From Anthoceros angustus (taxonomy: Eukaryota > Plantae > Anthocerotophyta): 64,000 nt of DNA. The stretch is taken from the NCBI GenBank assembly GCA_010909165.1, contig MU008209.1:344779-408778 (forward strand), written 5' to 3'. This document shows positions 51,151 to 63,300 of the stretch, in pieces. Numbering within the stretch: position 1 is the first letter of the stretch; each line of letters opens with the position of its first letter. The position numbers were made by a program, and so were the translations under genes. The notes beneath the pieces are model-generated. The model was not told where the DNA came from, searched no databases, and saw only the letters and a list, made by a program, of their open reading frames with translations.

Positions 51151-52494
51151 CAACTATTAACTTTAAAACGAGCACATGCAAGCGGCTATGCCGCGAATTG
51201 TTCCTCATGGCGACCAATCTGTAACTCATCTGGGCCTTGAGCTAACACTCCATGTATGAACACTTTTAAGTTCCACATGCACTCCACTTATGGGTCATCA
51301 AAACCATTACTCTTGCCCATGGACTTGGCGTCTTCATTATCCCAAACTTCTGCCTCATCAATGTCGGCGATGTCGGCGATCGTACCTGTCCTCTTCCTCC
51401 ATGCCTCGAACTTTCCGGACTCCGGTCCATAGCTGCATAGAGATTCACGTTTCTTGGTGTGTGGGGAACACATCGAGGAAGTCTTGGCGATGTTTGCATG
51501 CGCCTCCTCCAGCCTTTGCCTGCAGAAGTCATGTCAATAGTATTCAGTACTCAAGCATCCACCTGGTTTGTCTACAATTCCATTTCCATATAAAGTGCGT
51601 CAAAGTGTAGAGCGAGAGGACGAAACACACCATCGATGGTCCACAAAGCACTGTGGGTCATGTGTCGCAGACATAAACTTCGACACACCCCGCACCTGCT
51701 CGCCGGTATTGCTTTCTTCCGAGTAGCATCAAAGTCCCTCTGGAATTGCGACACAACATCGTTCTCCTCCTCTTGCAAAATCCGGTGGAAGCCGATTGTT
51801 AGCTCTGGAGCAACATCTGAAAGCATACAAATTGCAAACCGCGGGAACAGCGCTCACCTCAAACGCTTCAGAGCTGTGAGTTAAGTGTAACATCGTGGTA
51901 CACTCACAACGCAGAGTTGACAATAGTCTTCAACCCGACAAGCGAGCACCTTTAGAGTCGCTGACATGTAGAGTTGGCTTAAGAGCCGGGCAATAAGACT
52001 ACGGTATAAATGCGATGCATGCACAACTTAAATGATCAGCAACGGAAATCTTCGAACTCAGTGGAGAGAAACAGCGCCGCCTTTCCCAAACGACATGTAG
52101 GCCAGCAGTAATCATGAAATCGATTAAAATAAAGGTTAATCTGAAGAGATTTTAACAGCGTAATGTGCCCATCGATTCAAACCGGGGCAACACCTAGGGT
52201 AATCACGTCTCAAACAGGGGTTTATGTTCTCAAGTACTCCACGCTGCCACAAGCAGGAAACATCTTCAACGCGGCCTCACTTTGTTTAAACGTCACACAG
52301 CGCGCAAGAGCAGCAGACCGCGAGCACCACCGTCCGATCGGCTTCAGCCGGCCTGTGGAAGTAGGTGCGCACCGCCCATATTCCTTTCCACACGGCTTCA
52401 TGCAATTCCACTGTTTTCTCTAACCCAGCTCCTCTTTCTTTCACTATTCTATGCCAGGGTATCATTGGGACGGAAGTTGCGGAGCAAGAAGGAC

Positions 52495-55136
52495 ATGGCG
52501 GACACACTTGGCGACCCGCCAGCAGTGGCCCCAAGGCAGAAGAAAGTGAAGAAGAAATCGACGGCGGATGATGCAAGCTCGGGTCCGCCGGGTGGAGGAA
52601 CAACACGGAGGGGCATCCAAGAAAACCGATCGCACCAACAAAGCAAGCACAAAATCCGGAGCGGTTGGGTTGGAGAAGGCAGGTGGATCCAAAGGGCAGA
52701 AGAAAGGGCAACCAGAGCCAGTGCCGTCACCTTATAACCCGGAGGAAACCATGCTTTTGAGGAGACTGACCAATTCTCATGATGCAATTGTATGCATGGA
52801 CAAGGAGTGGTTTCTGCAACAGGAAGCCGAAAATTTGGATGATGCTGAGCGGTGGACACTGCTTTTGAAATTGTGGGTAACAGAATTTGGACCAGCCAAG
52901 CCTAATCAGAGAGTGAAAGTCGGATGGGTTGTCTGGGCTAACTTGGACTTGTCAAACGGAGACCCGGAGTTTGAGATGTTGTTGACAACAAAGCCACAAC
53001 AATTAGATGAAATACGCCCGGTTCCTGATGAGTTCAAGGTTTTCACCGTGGGGCTCGGAATGTTCAAGGTGAATAAGTGCACACCAGAGGTGTTAGTGAC
53101 CGCATTTCGAGAGAGTATGAGTGACCCGCAAGTAAGTATTATTTGAACTGGATTTGTTTTCTGCAACTCATCCTGGTCCTTTGTTGCTGTGAAGGTGTGA
53201 TTCCCAAATGTAGTGAATTGTGCGGGCTGGGAGGGCTTTCTACAAGCAACTGTGTAGTTTCATCACGTAGTCAGTCATTGACCACCGGAGAGAGCTAAGC
53301 ATGCAGCGTGCGAGAGCAGCGCTACCTAGAATTATGGGAAACGATGCAACAGGTAGCTCGGAGGATGAAGAATTGGAACCTGAAGACGAGCATGACAAAC
53401 TCCTGGAAGGGCAGTCTGATGACGAAGAGGGGAAAAATATGGAATCTGATGCTGAGGACCAAGACAAGGAAGCCGAAGACATCCTAGAATTTGCTATGCA
53501 TCGAGCATCTCTAGAAGTGCCTACTATTGCATATGACCTCCAGCTTCGGGAGGACGCCGGCATGTCGGCGTCCTCCCTGCCTTGGAGTGTCCCCAGTCCC
53601 TCCCAACCCCACATGCTGGCATGTTTATGGATGTCGGACGTGGAGGGGATGAGAGAGGACGCCGGCATGCCGGCGTCCACCCTTCATCATCCCAGGGCCG
53701 GCGGCACCCATCCACAATGGTTGGAGCTGTCCGCACCGATGATGTAGGTGACAGGCCTTTGGGGGGACCAAGCATCGAAGACCGCCACGGGAAAAATAGG
53801 CCCGGACAACATCGAGAAGGAGATCCCCAAGCCCAATGGAAGAGGAAGACAGACCGTCCGGGAACGAGCTTATCACCGCGGATGTGAACAGGGCAGGTGG
53901 GAAGAGGAAAGGAAATAGAGAAGCAGCAGATGCTGGAAATGGGAGTCAACTCGCAGATGATGTAGATGTTTCACCGCTAAAAGGTGAAAAGGAAGCTCCA
54001 ATGAAGATGACATACCCACAGTTCATCTTTCAACAGATGAGGAGAGGCTGGCATCTTCTTTTCACGAGGAGGACTATCTAACCAAAGATTTGGGATGCGC
54101 CACATGCAAAGAAGGTTGTGCCCAAACGCATAGTGAAGTCGAGAATCTGTGCCGCTTCCTACCCCTCACCTGTATGAACAAATAAGGTGGGTGGATGAGG
54201 CATGGTCCAATTACTTGGCCCGCGTGATTGGAAAGGGACGAGTGGAAGAGGGCGTATTGCCTCTTCTGTGTATGATCGACCCAAAGGAGTGTGATGATCT
54301 GGAAGACTTGGACTGGAAAAAATTCAGGGCGAAGAAGTATATAATGGGCGTTTTAGGAGGCAATCCCACATTTGCTGTTGTGCAACACCTGGCGGACATT
54401 TTGCCTGTGAAAGAGCGATTCAAGTGGATAGAGGCCCATGTATATTGTGGGCTTACTTTACAAGAGATGAGGGTACTGGCAACATATCACAACACAATGC
54501 CTGGAGCAAACGCTTAAGATGTCTTTTATTGAGCAAGTTAGATACCTCGGAGAACGCTCATTGCGGCGAGATGGCGGTATATGTCAATGACTTGGAAGTT
54601 CAACTTATACAAGGTTCCCCGATCAAGACGATGAGGGACGAGAAGATGATGCACAAACAGTAACAAAGTCGACAATGTAACACATCTTGTGCATAGCGAA
54701 AGCCGAAGGGAAAGTCTCGGACCAATGTTGACAAGATCTTCAAGTGGAGGCTTGTGAATTGCCCCGAGCAAAAAAACATGTGGCGGCCGGTATGAACAAG
54801 AAGAGCAAAGGGAAGCGCAAAGGCAATCAAGACATGAAGGGTAAGAAGGGGTGTTTAGAAACCAAAGGTGGAGAAGACGGCTCGCGTTGCTTTCAAGGCA
54901 TTCCAACAAGAGAAAGCGGGCAGCAAATGTATATCGCTGCAATCAAAAGTGGTCACCGTCTCATCGATTTGAAGGGTATGTCGGATGAAATTATTTTGCG
55001 GAAAAAGTTGCATATCATTCAGGTGGCAATGGCCAAGCACCTTGGGTATTCGTCTTTCAAGATGGTGAGACAGGAGTATCCTCAACACTCCACTGACGAA
55101 GTGGTTGCTAGATTCCAGACGGCATTTGAGGGCAAG
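52495..55136 (+). pseudogene. Decayed multi-exon gene, probably TE-borne, containing a ParB/Srx-like motif
   Basis: ATG at 52495 (MADTLGDPP..KKVKKK) leads through a frameshift into ORF 52568-53146, a GTAAGT donor at about 53131 and an acidic exon at 53301-53516. The later segment YIMGVLGGN(P)TFAVVQHL..FKWIEAHVYCGLTLQEMRVLATYHN..(K)MSFIEQVRY at 54338-54545 is followed by a GTAATT donor at 55137. Confidence 0.5.
53548..53678. repeat. Two GC-rich palindromes with core CGCCGGCATGCCGGCG
   Basis: GGGAGGACGCCGGCATGTCGGCGTCCTCCC lies at 53548-53577 (one mismatch). GGACGCCGGCATGCCGGCGTCC lies at 53657-53678 (perfect). Confidence 0.9.
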
Positions 55137-55190
55137 GTAATTTTAATTCAGTATCCTAGTGGTTCAAACTGCAGGAAAGGTTCTCCTCGA

Positions 55191-55270
55191 GGGAGGGTGC
55201 CAGCATGCCGGCGCCCTCCCTTGTTTTGGTATCCATGGTTGTGGTGGGCGCCCGCATGTTGGCGCCCACC
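55191..55270. repeat. Two further degenerate palindromes of the same family
   Basis: GGGAGGGTGCCAGCATGCCGGCGCCCTCCC lies at 55191-55220 and GGTGGGCGCCCGCATGTTGGCGCCCACC at 55243-55270. Confidence 0.85.
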
Positions 55271-55292
55271 CTAGTTTTGGCCTCTTGGGGCC

Positions 55293-55512
55293 TGATAAAA
55301 TAGCTTACTATTAGGGCACTCTTCACTAGGGCACCTAGGACTTAATAATTAATTTAGTCCTTAGGGCACTAAGTAGTTTCTTCTAGTAGTTATTTAATTG
55401 GTTAGTTGTTACAACCACCACTTACAACAACCTTGCCTACATAAAGGCATGTACTTTCTATTATGAATGTAATGCAACACATATTGCTTGAGCTTGTGTA
55501 TGATTCTCATCA
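55293..55512 (+). mobile_element. 5' LTR of a Ty1/copia element (about 220 bp)
   Basis: It has TGAT...ATCA inverted termini, is AT-rich, and is followed immediately by the PBS. Confidence 0.75.
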
Positions 55513-55524
55513 TGGTATCAGAGC
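55513..55524 (+). promoter_or_regulatory. Primer-binding site complementary to the 3' end of initiator Met-tRNA
   Basis: TGGTATCAGAGC directly follows the LTR-terminal CA. Confidence 0.9.
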
Positions 55525-56295
55525 ACACTTGCTCTTTGTTTTCTTGTGCATCCTCGTGCATCTAAGTAGCTTATCTAGGAGACACTTTTTAATCTAGCAT
55601 TTGCCTAGATGGATTGTGTTTATCCTAGAATTGCTATCTTTGCATGCATTCCTTTTATGCTAACATTTCTCTTCTAACAATGCTTTTATGCACTAATTCT
55701 TTGTCCTTCCTCCATGGATTTGTGTTCCCTTAGAAGGAGGAGGCATAGAGTTAAGAAGAGAGGTAGTCCCGCAAGACAATAAGAACAAATTAGGAGTCCA
55801 ACATATAGAAGCAATAGAAGACAACAAGCTATAGAGGGAGAGATAGAAGAAACCTCCTCTTGTATAGCAAACTTCATTGCATCTATCTTAATTTCTAAAC
55901 CAGATCAAGGGAAGTTTGTCATGTCAAGCTAGCTAGACGTGATTTGCTAGAAGTTTTTAGCCCAATTCACGTCAAGGCATTAGAATTAGCTCTCCAACAT
56001 ATCCCAAACTTGAATGCTGGTATTAGTACTCCTTTATCTTCTAGTCTCAAGACAAAATAGCATAGAAACTCTTAGATTTCAAGAAATTGATAGTCAATTA
56101 GCAACTCTTAGAATCCAATCTTTGATCTTAAGGGAGAATTATCTGAATTAAGGACAAAATTGTCTATTCTCTCTAAGGTTGATAATGCGCAGATTTGAGA
56201 GCATGCTATCATCATCCGAATCGATTATGATGCAAGAGAAGAGTTTCGTGCAATAGAGAAGATGAGGTCAGGCCTAGTCCTCTAAATCACCTACA

Positions 56296-59200
56296 ATGGC
56301 TGGAGTGATCAATGATGAAGAACAAACTGCTCCTAATTCCCCATTGGGTAATGATAATGCTAACACTTCATTGCATTATCATTATTGCTTCAAAGAGAAA
56401 GATAGATTCAATGGAAGGGATTATGACATCCGGTCATTGAGAATGCGAGGAGCTTTGCGGCAAAGAGACCTTTGGGGCATCGTCGATGGATCAATTCCAA
56501 GGCCACACGCCCGATTTGAACGTGAACTTCAACCTTCCGGACGCTGTGACGAGAAGGCACAAGATTTATTGGTCTGGACTTTCTCAACATATGGTGAGAC
56601 ATGTCGCACGCAAAGACCTCCAAGGATATGTGGACTCACCTTGCTCAATTATATTCATCTCGAGATGTAATGAGTATTGTTGCGCTTCACGTAACTTCCG
56701 CAACCTCTCAATGAAGGAGTCCGACACCATCGAACATCATGTTAATGCAGATTGGCACGATCCCATTTGGAATCTTCAATGGCGTACCTATCTCGAGATG
56801 GAGGCTTACGTCATTCTCTTATCTTCATTGCCACCTTCTTATAGGGCTTTCATTACAACTCAAAATGCGTGATTCGCAATGTCGAAAAAGCTGCAGATGA
56901 AGATCCAAATGAAGAGCCGACATCGTGTTCGAACTTATTGGAGCATTGCTACGGAGGAGGCAAGCACGTCATCATCACTCCGAGCCAACAAGCAGTGATG
57001 TATTCACAAAGGGGTAGAGGAAGAGGACGAGGCCGAGGTTCTACTTTCCAACGACCCCATATCCCGCACATACTTTCCATGATGGAGAGGCATCTTCTTC
57101 AACACCGCAAGAGGTAACAAGAAGATCGGGATTATATGTAATTGGTGCGTAATCCCAAATCACATGGAAAAGGATTGTCGAAGAAGAAGAATGGGAACCT
57201 CAAGGAGGCCCCACTGAGCTAACATTGCGGAAGAAACAATCTTCCTCAACTCCAGGTGCTCACTGTGTGCTTCTTCCAAGCCCTCCAATACCTCATGGTA
57301 CTTAGACAGGAGCTACTTCACATATTTGTTACAATGAAACTCTTTTGAGTCTTACTCACCCAGGACATCCGTCTCCTCCGGAGATGATCACAACCTACCC
57401 ATTGCGGTGTTGGTTGATTGTATTCAAGTGTGATTCGTCTTCATCTTCATCAAGTCCTCCATGTTCCTTCAATGTGCAAGAATCTAGTATCACCGCAAGT
57501 CTTTGTCAAGAACACACTAGTGGTGATCCTTTATGCGATAGTTGTCTTCTCTCATAAGTGATAGAAACTATACAATGCGTGCACTTTAGATGATGGTCTC
57601 TATAGATTGTCAAGACAAGTGGGAGCCACCCATTCTCGCTAATGTTGCCATTCCAAACCCTGACACCTACCCAAACCATGCTTTGGCATTGTCGCCTTGG
57701 TCATCCTAATAGTCAAAAATTAATCCAAATGTCTAAGGGAGCTTTATATAGAACCCTTGCCTTGCAAAGGTTGAACACCTACCTTGGTGCGAATCTTGTG
57801 TCCTCACTAAACGACATCAAGAGCCTTTCAAAATAAATCTCCACAAAGGGCCAAGTCACCTTTAGAGATAGTGCACATGACATTTGTGGACCCTTGTCTA
57901 CACCCTCCTTTAGTGGTAGTAGATATTTTTGACCTTCACAGATGATTTCTCTCGCTTTGTCTTTTCCTACATCCCGAAAAACAAGAGTGATGCCTTTCAC
58001 TTCTTCAAGGACTACATGAAATGAGAGACTTACGATCACAAACTCAAGACCTTACGTTCCGACAATGGTGGAGAGTTTACATCATCGAATTTGAGGATTT
58101 TGTCGAACAAGGTATAGCTCAACAACTTACTTGTCTACACTCCTCAACAAAATGGCGAGGCCGAGAACAAGAATCTACGCCCAAGAGATCACAGGTTGCT
58201 TATTGGTACAAGCTAAGTTATCTAAGGCTTATTGGGCAGACCTCCACAAAGAACCTATCTCATGAATCGATTGCCTACATCAGCTCAAGGTATGACTCCA
58301 TATGAAGCATTCATTGGCAAGAAGCCTTCTATTGACCACCTTGAATTTTTGGATCCCGCATATGTTTTTATTCCCAAAGCATTGCGTAAGAAGTTGGATC
58401 CCAAAGCAAGTACACTTTCATTGGCTACACCAAGGTATCAAAGGTACAAATTGTTCAACCCTTCTACAAGGCAACTTTTATACGCGAGTGTTACTTTTCA
58501 TGAGTCTTACCTCTTTTCCCCATGGAGCGATGATTGGTCCTCCTCTTGATGAGACCATTGACCCTTCTTATTTTTGATGATCCGATTATTTCACTCCATT
58601 TCCCATTCCCGCTTCGTGTTCCTTTAGTTGAACCTATTATGCGAGGAGGAGGAGTTAGCATCTATTCCACAACACAACTCAACGACGAACTGATGTTGAC
58701 ATCCCAGCAGAGGCGCGCTTGACACTCATGATGATGAGTTTGATGACCCTCCGGAGGATGACATTGTGGAGCCAGCAGATCCTCGTTGATCCGCTCCTGG
58801 ATGATGCACTGCACAAAGGTACAACCTTAGATCCCGACCTACTATCTCGGTCCTGCAGTTGGAAGGAACCTCCTTTAGGATACCTAGCTTTTTGATGATC
58901 CTATACCCCTATATCACTTTATTCTCAAGTCTACAAGGCAACTATAGACCCGAAGAACCTCTTACCTTAAAACAAGCTTTCTCTTCTCCCGAAAAAGACT
59001 TATGGAAGGTAGTCAGATTCGAATATAATTCCCTAGTTAATAACTCTACATGGAATTGGTCAAACCACCTAGGGGTAGGAAGATAGTAACCAGCAAATGG
59101 GTATTCAAAATTAAAAGAAAAGGAGATGGTTCTATAGAAAGGTATAAGGCACGCCTAGTAGAGGTTTACACAAATTCTGGTCTAGATTACATACCTTGGG

Positions 59201-59851
59201 CCACTTATGCCCCAGTAGCCAAATTTGCCACACTTCGAATGATATTTGCCTTATGTGCCCAACATGATCTTGAACTCCACATGATGGATGTTAAGACAGC
59301 ATATTTGTATGGGCGCCTACAAGAGGAAATATACATGAGACAACCCGAGGGTTACGAAGTTAAGGGCAAAGAAGATTGGGTATATGCCGACTCATCAAAG
59401 GTTTGTATGGCCTTAAGCAAAAAGAATTGGAACTAACCATACATGTACAACTTATTGGGAGAGGATTTAAGCAAAGCCGGTGATGCTTGTATGTACATCC
59501 TAATATCCGCAATGATATATTTTATCTTCTACTTTATGTTGATGATGTTTTTATGGCAACAAACTCCCTCACTCTCCTAGCGAAACTAAAGCATGGCTTA
59601 GGACTCTATTTGAGATGTCCGATCTAGGAGAAATGACATATGCACTTGGTGTTAATATTATACTAAATAGAGGTAATAAGACTCTAAGTATAGTTCAAAC
59701 CAAGTATATTAAGGAGAGTTTAGCTAAATTTGGACTTGAGGATGCAAAGCTGCACCCACACCTTTGCAAGTGGTGTTAGGCTTACCTCTATATGAGTCCC
59801 AAAATAGCTGAAAAAAGCTAGAAATGTTAGCGCTCCATATCGACATGCTAT
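56296..59851 (+). mobile_element. Ty1/copia gag-pol, heavily frameshifted and interrupted within RT
   Basis: Domains appear in copia order: gag (FNGRDY..LWGIVDG, LLSSLPPSY), zinc knuckle CNWCVIPNHMEKDC (about 57138), protease SWYLD..GATSHIC (about 57293), LWHCRLGH, integrase (DICGP, LRSDNGGEF, YLMNRLPT), then RT (KWVFKIK..ERYKARLV, MDVKTAYLYG..EEIYMRQPEGY, LLYVDD about 59530, PYRHAI about 59833). Confidence 0.93.
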
Positions 59852-60330
59852 TGCACTGGCGCGACCACTGACGGCGCACAATCCCGTGTTGTTGCAAGGG
59901 TCCGCTCCCAAGAGAATGATAGGCTCGTTGACACGTTTCGAATTTTACCCCATGTCGTGGACCTTAGATCTGAAAGTGCCAAGTACCCGCCTTCTGACAA
60001 CTACTCTTAACGTCTACCGAAGCAGGCTTGTGGCTAAACGTTTAAGGACTTCGTCGCCCGTGCCTGATCGCCCGCCCCTCATCGCCGCTCCGCCGGGCCT
60101 CTCCGGCTCCGCCTCCCGAGTTCCCACCATGCTCCGGCCCGTCTGACGCCGGGCCGCCGACGGGAGCAGCAAGGGTCCCCGATCGCCCACCCCCCGCACA
60201 CACCATCTCACGTTAGGGTCCGTCACCGTGACCTTGATCGGCCTCTCCGAGCTGCCGCCAGGACTCGTGACTCACGTTAGCAAAGACGCACAAGGGTCTA
60301 CAACGAAACGCGCTTTCCACCCCAAGAGAA
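59852..60330. mobile_element. LTR-like fragment related to 39996-40722 that breaks the copia RT
   Basis: The copia motif PYRHAI(G) stops abruptly and is followed by cactggcgcgacc..gcacaatcccgtg..ggtccgctcccaag, homologous to 39095-39180 and 40026-40660. Confidence 0.6.
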
Positions 60331-63300
60331 AGCGGGCAAGAAATGTATATCGCAACTCAAAAGTGGTCGATCGTCTCATCGACGAAGGGGTGTTTGATGA
60401 AATTATTTTATGGAAAAAGTTGCATATCATCTGTGTGGCCAAGCACCTTGGGTGCCTTCAAGATGGAGACAGAGTATCCTCAACACCCCACCCATTTGGG
60501 TGGTGCTAGATTCCGCATTTGAGGGCAAGGTAATTTAATTCAAGATCCTAGTGGTTCAAACCGGCAGAAAGGTTTCCTCGAGGAGGGTGCCGATGCCTCC
60601 GCCCTTGTTTTGGTATCCATGAGTTGTGGTGGGCGCCTCGCATGTGGCGCCCACCCCAGTTTTGGCCTCTGGGGCCTCGATAAAATAGCTTACTATTAGG
60701 CACTCTTCACTAGGGCACCTAGGACTTAATAATTAATTTAGTCCTTAGGGCTCTAGGTAGTTTCTTTAGTAGTTATTTAATTGGTTAGTTTACAACCACT
60801 TATTGGTTACAACTACCTTGCCTACATAAAGGCATGTACTTTCTATTATGAATGTAATGCAACACATATTGCTAGAGCTTGTGTATGATTCTCATCATGG
60901 TATCGAGCACACTTGCTCTTTGTTTGCTGTGCATCCTCATGCATCTAAGTAGCTTATCTAGGAGACACTTTCTAATCTAGCATTTGCCTAGATGGATTGT
61001 GTTTATCCTAGAATTGCTATCTTTGCATGCATTCTTTTATGCTAACATTTCTCTTCTAACAATGCTTTTATGCACTAATTCTTTGTTCTTCCTCCATGGA
61101 TTTGTGTTCCCTTAGAAGGAGAAGGCATAGAGTTAAGAAGAGAAGTAGTCCCGCAAGACAACAAGAACAAATTAGGAGCCCAACACATAGAAGCAATAGA
61201 CAACAAGCTATAGAGGGAGAGTAGAAAAACCTCCTCTTGTATAGCAAACTTCATTGCATCTATTTTAATTTCTAAACCGGATCAAGGGAAGTTTATCAAG
61301 CTAGCTAGACGTGATTTGCTAGAAGTTTTAGTCCAATTCACGTCAAGGCATTAGAATTAGCTCCAACATATCCCAAATTTGAATGGTATTAGTACTCCTT
61401 TATCTTCTACTTTATGTTGATGATGTTTTTATGGCAACAAACTCCCTCACTCTCCTAGCGAAACTAAAGCATGGCTTAGGACTCTATTTGAGATGTCCGA
61501 TCTAGGAGAAATGACATATGCACTTGGTGTTAATATTATACTAAATAGAGGTAATAAGACTCTAAGTATAGTTCAAACCAAGTATATTAAGGAGAGTTTA
61601 GCTAAATTTGGACTTGAGGATGCAAAGCTGCACCCACACCTTTGCAAGTGGTGTTAGGCTTACCTCTATATGAGTCCCAAAATAGCTGAAAAAAGCTAGA
61701 AATGTTAGCGCTCCATATCGACATGCTATTGCACTGGCGCGACCACTGACGGCGCACAATCCCGTGTTGTTGCAAGGGTCCGCTCCCAAGAGAATGATAG
61801 GCTCGTTGACACGTTTCGAATTTTACCCCATGTCGTGGACCTTAGATCTGAAAGTGCCAAGTACCCGCCTTCTGACAACTACTCTTAACGTCTACCGAAG
61901 CAGGCTTGTGGCTAAACGTTTAAGGACTTCGTCGCCCGTGCCTGATCGCCCGCCCCTCATCGCCGCTCCGCCGGGCCTCTCCGGCTCCGCCTCCCGAGTT
62001 CCCACCATGCTCCGGCCCGTCTGACGCCGGGCCGCCGACGGGAGCAGCAAGGGTCCCCGATCGCCCACCCCCCGCACACACCATCTCACGTTAGGGTCCG
62101 TCACCGTGACCTTGATCGGCCTCTCCGAGCTGCCGCCAGGACTCGTGACTCACGTTAGCAAAGACGCACAAGGGTCTACAACGAAACGCGCTTTCCACCC
62201 CAAGAGAAAGATAGATTCAATGGAAGGGATTATGACATCCGGTCATTGAGAATGCGAGGAGCTTTGCGGCAAAGAGACCTTTGGGGCATCGTCGATGGAT
62301 CAATTCCAAGGCCACACGCGATTTGAACGTGAACTTCAACCTTCCGGACGCTGTGACGAGAAGGCACAAGATTTATTGGTCATGGACTTTCTCAACATAT
62401 GGTGAGACATGTCGCACGCAAAGACCTCCAAGGATATGTGGACTCACCTTGCTCAATTATATTCATCTCGAGATGTAATGAGTATTGTTGCACAACTTCC
62501 GCAACCTCTCAATGAAGGAGTCCGACACCATCGAACATCATGTTAATGCATTTCGATTGGCACGATCCCATTTGGAATCTTCAATGGCGTACCTATCTCG
62601 AGATGGAGGCTTACGTCATTCTCTTATCTTCATTGCCACCTTCTTATAGGGCTTTCATTACAACTCAAAATGCGTGATTCGTAATGTCGAAAAGCTGCAG
62701 ATGAAGATCCAAATGAAGAGCCGACATCGTGTTTCGAACTTATTGGAGCATTGCTACGGAGGAGGCAAGCACGTCATCATCACTCCAGCCAACAAGCAGT
62801 GATGTATTCACAAAGGGTAGAGGAAGAGGACGAGGCCGAGGTTCTACTTTCCACGACCCCATATCCCGCACATACTTTCCATGATGGAGAGGCATCTTCT
62901 TCAACACCGCAAGAGGTAACAAGAAGATCGGGATTATATGTAATTGGTGCGTAATCCCAAATCACATGGAAAAGGATTGTCGTAAGAAGAAGAATGGGAA
63001 CCTCAAGGAGGCCCCACTGAGCTAACATTGCGGAAGAAACAATCTTCCTCAACTCCAGGTGCTCACTGTGTGCTTCTTCCAAGCCCTCCAATACCTCATG
63101 GTACTTAGACAGGAGCTACTTCACATATTTGTTACAATGAAACTCTTTTGAGTCTTACTCACCCAGGACATCCGTCTCCTCCGGAGATGATCACAACCTA
63201 CCCATTGCGGTGTTGGTTGATTGTATTCAAGTGTGATTCGTCTTCATCTTCATCAAGTCCTCCATGTTCCTTCAATGTGCAAGAATCTAGTATCACCGCA

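Noticed and set aside
60677-60897. Second copia LTR as the element's 3' LTR
   Set aside because: It is preceded by the same upstream flank and followed by the PBS and leader again, so it is a duplicate of the 5' end.
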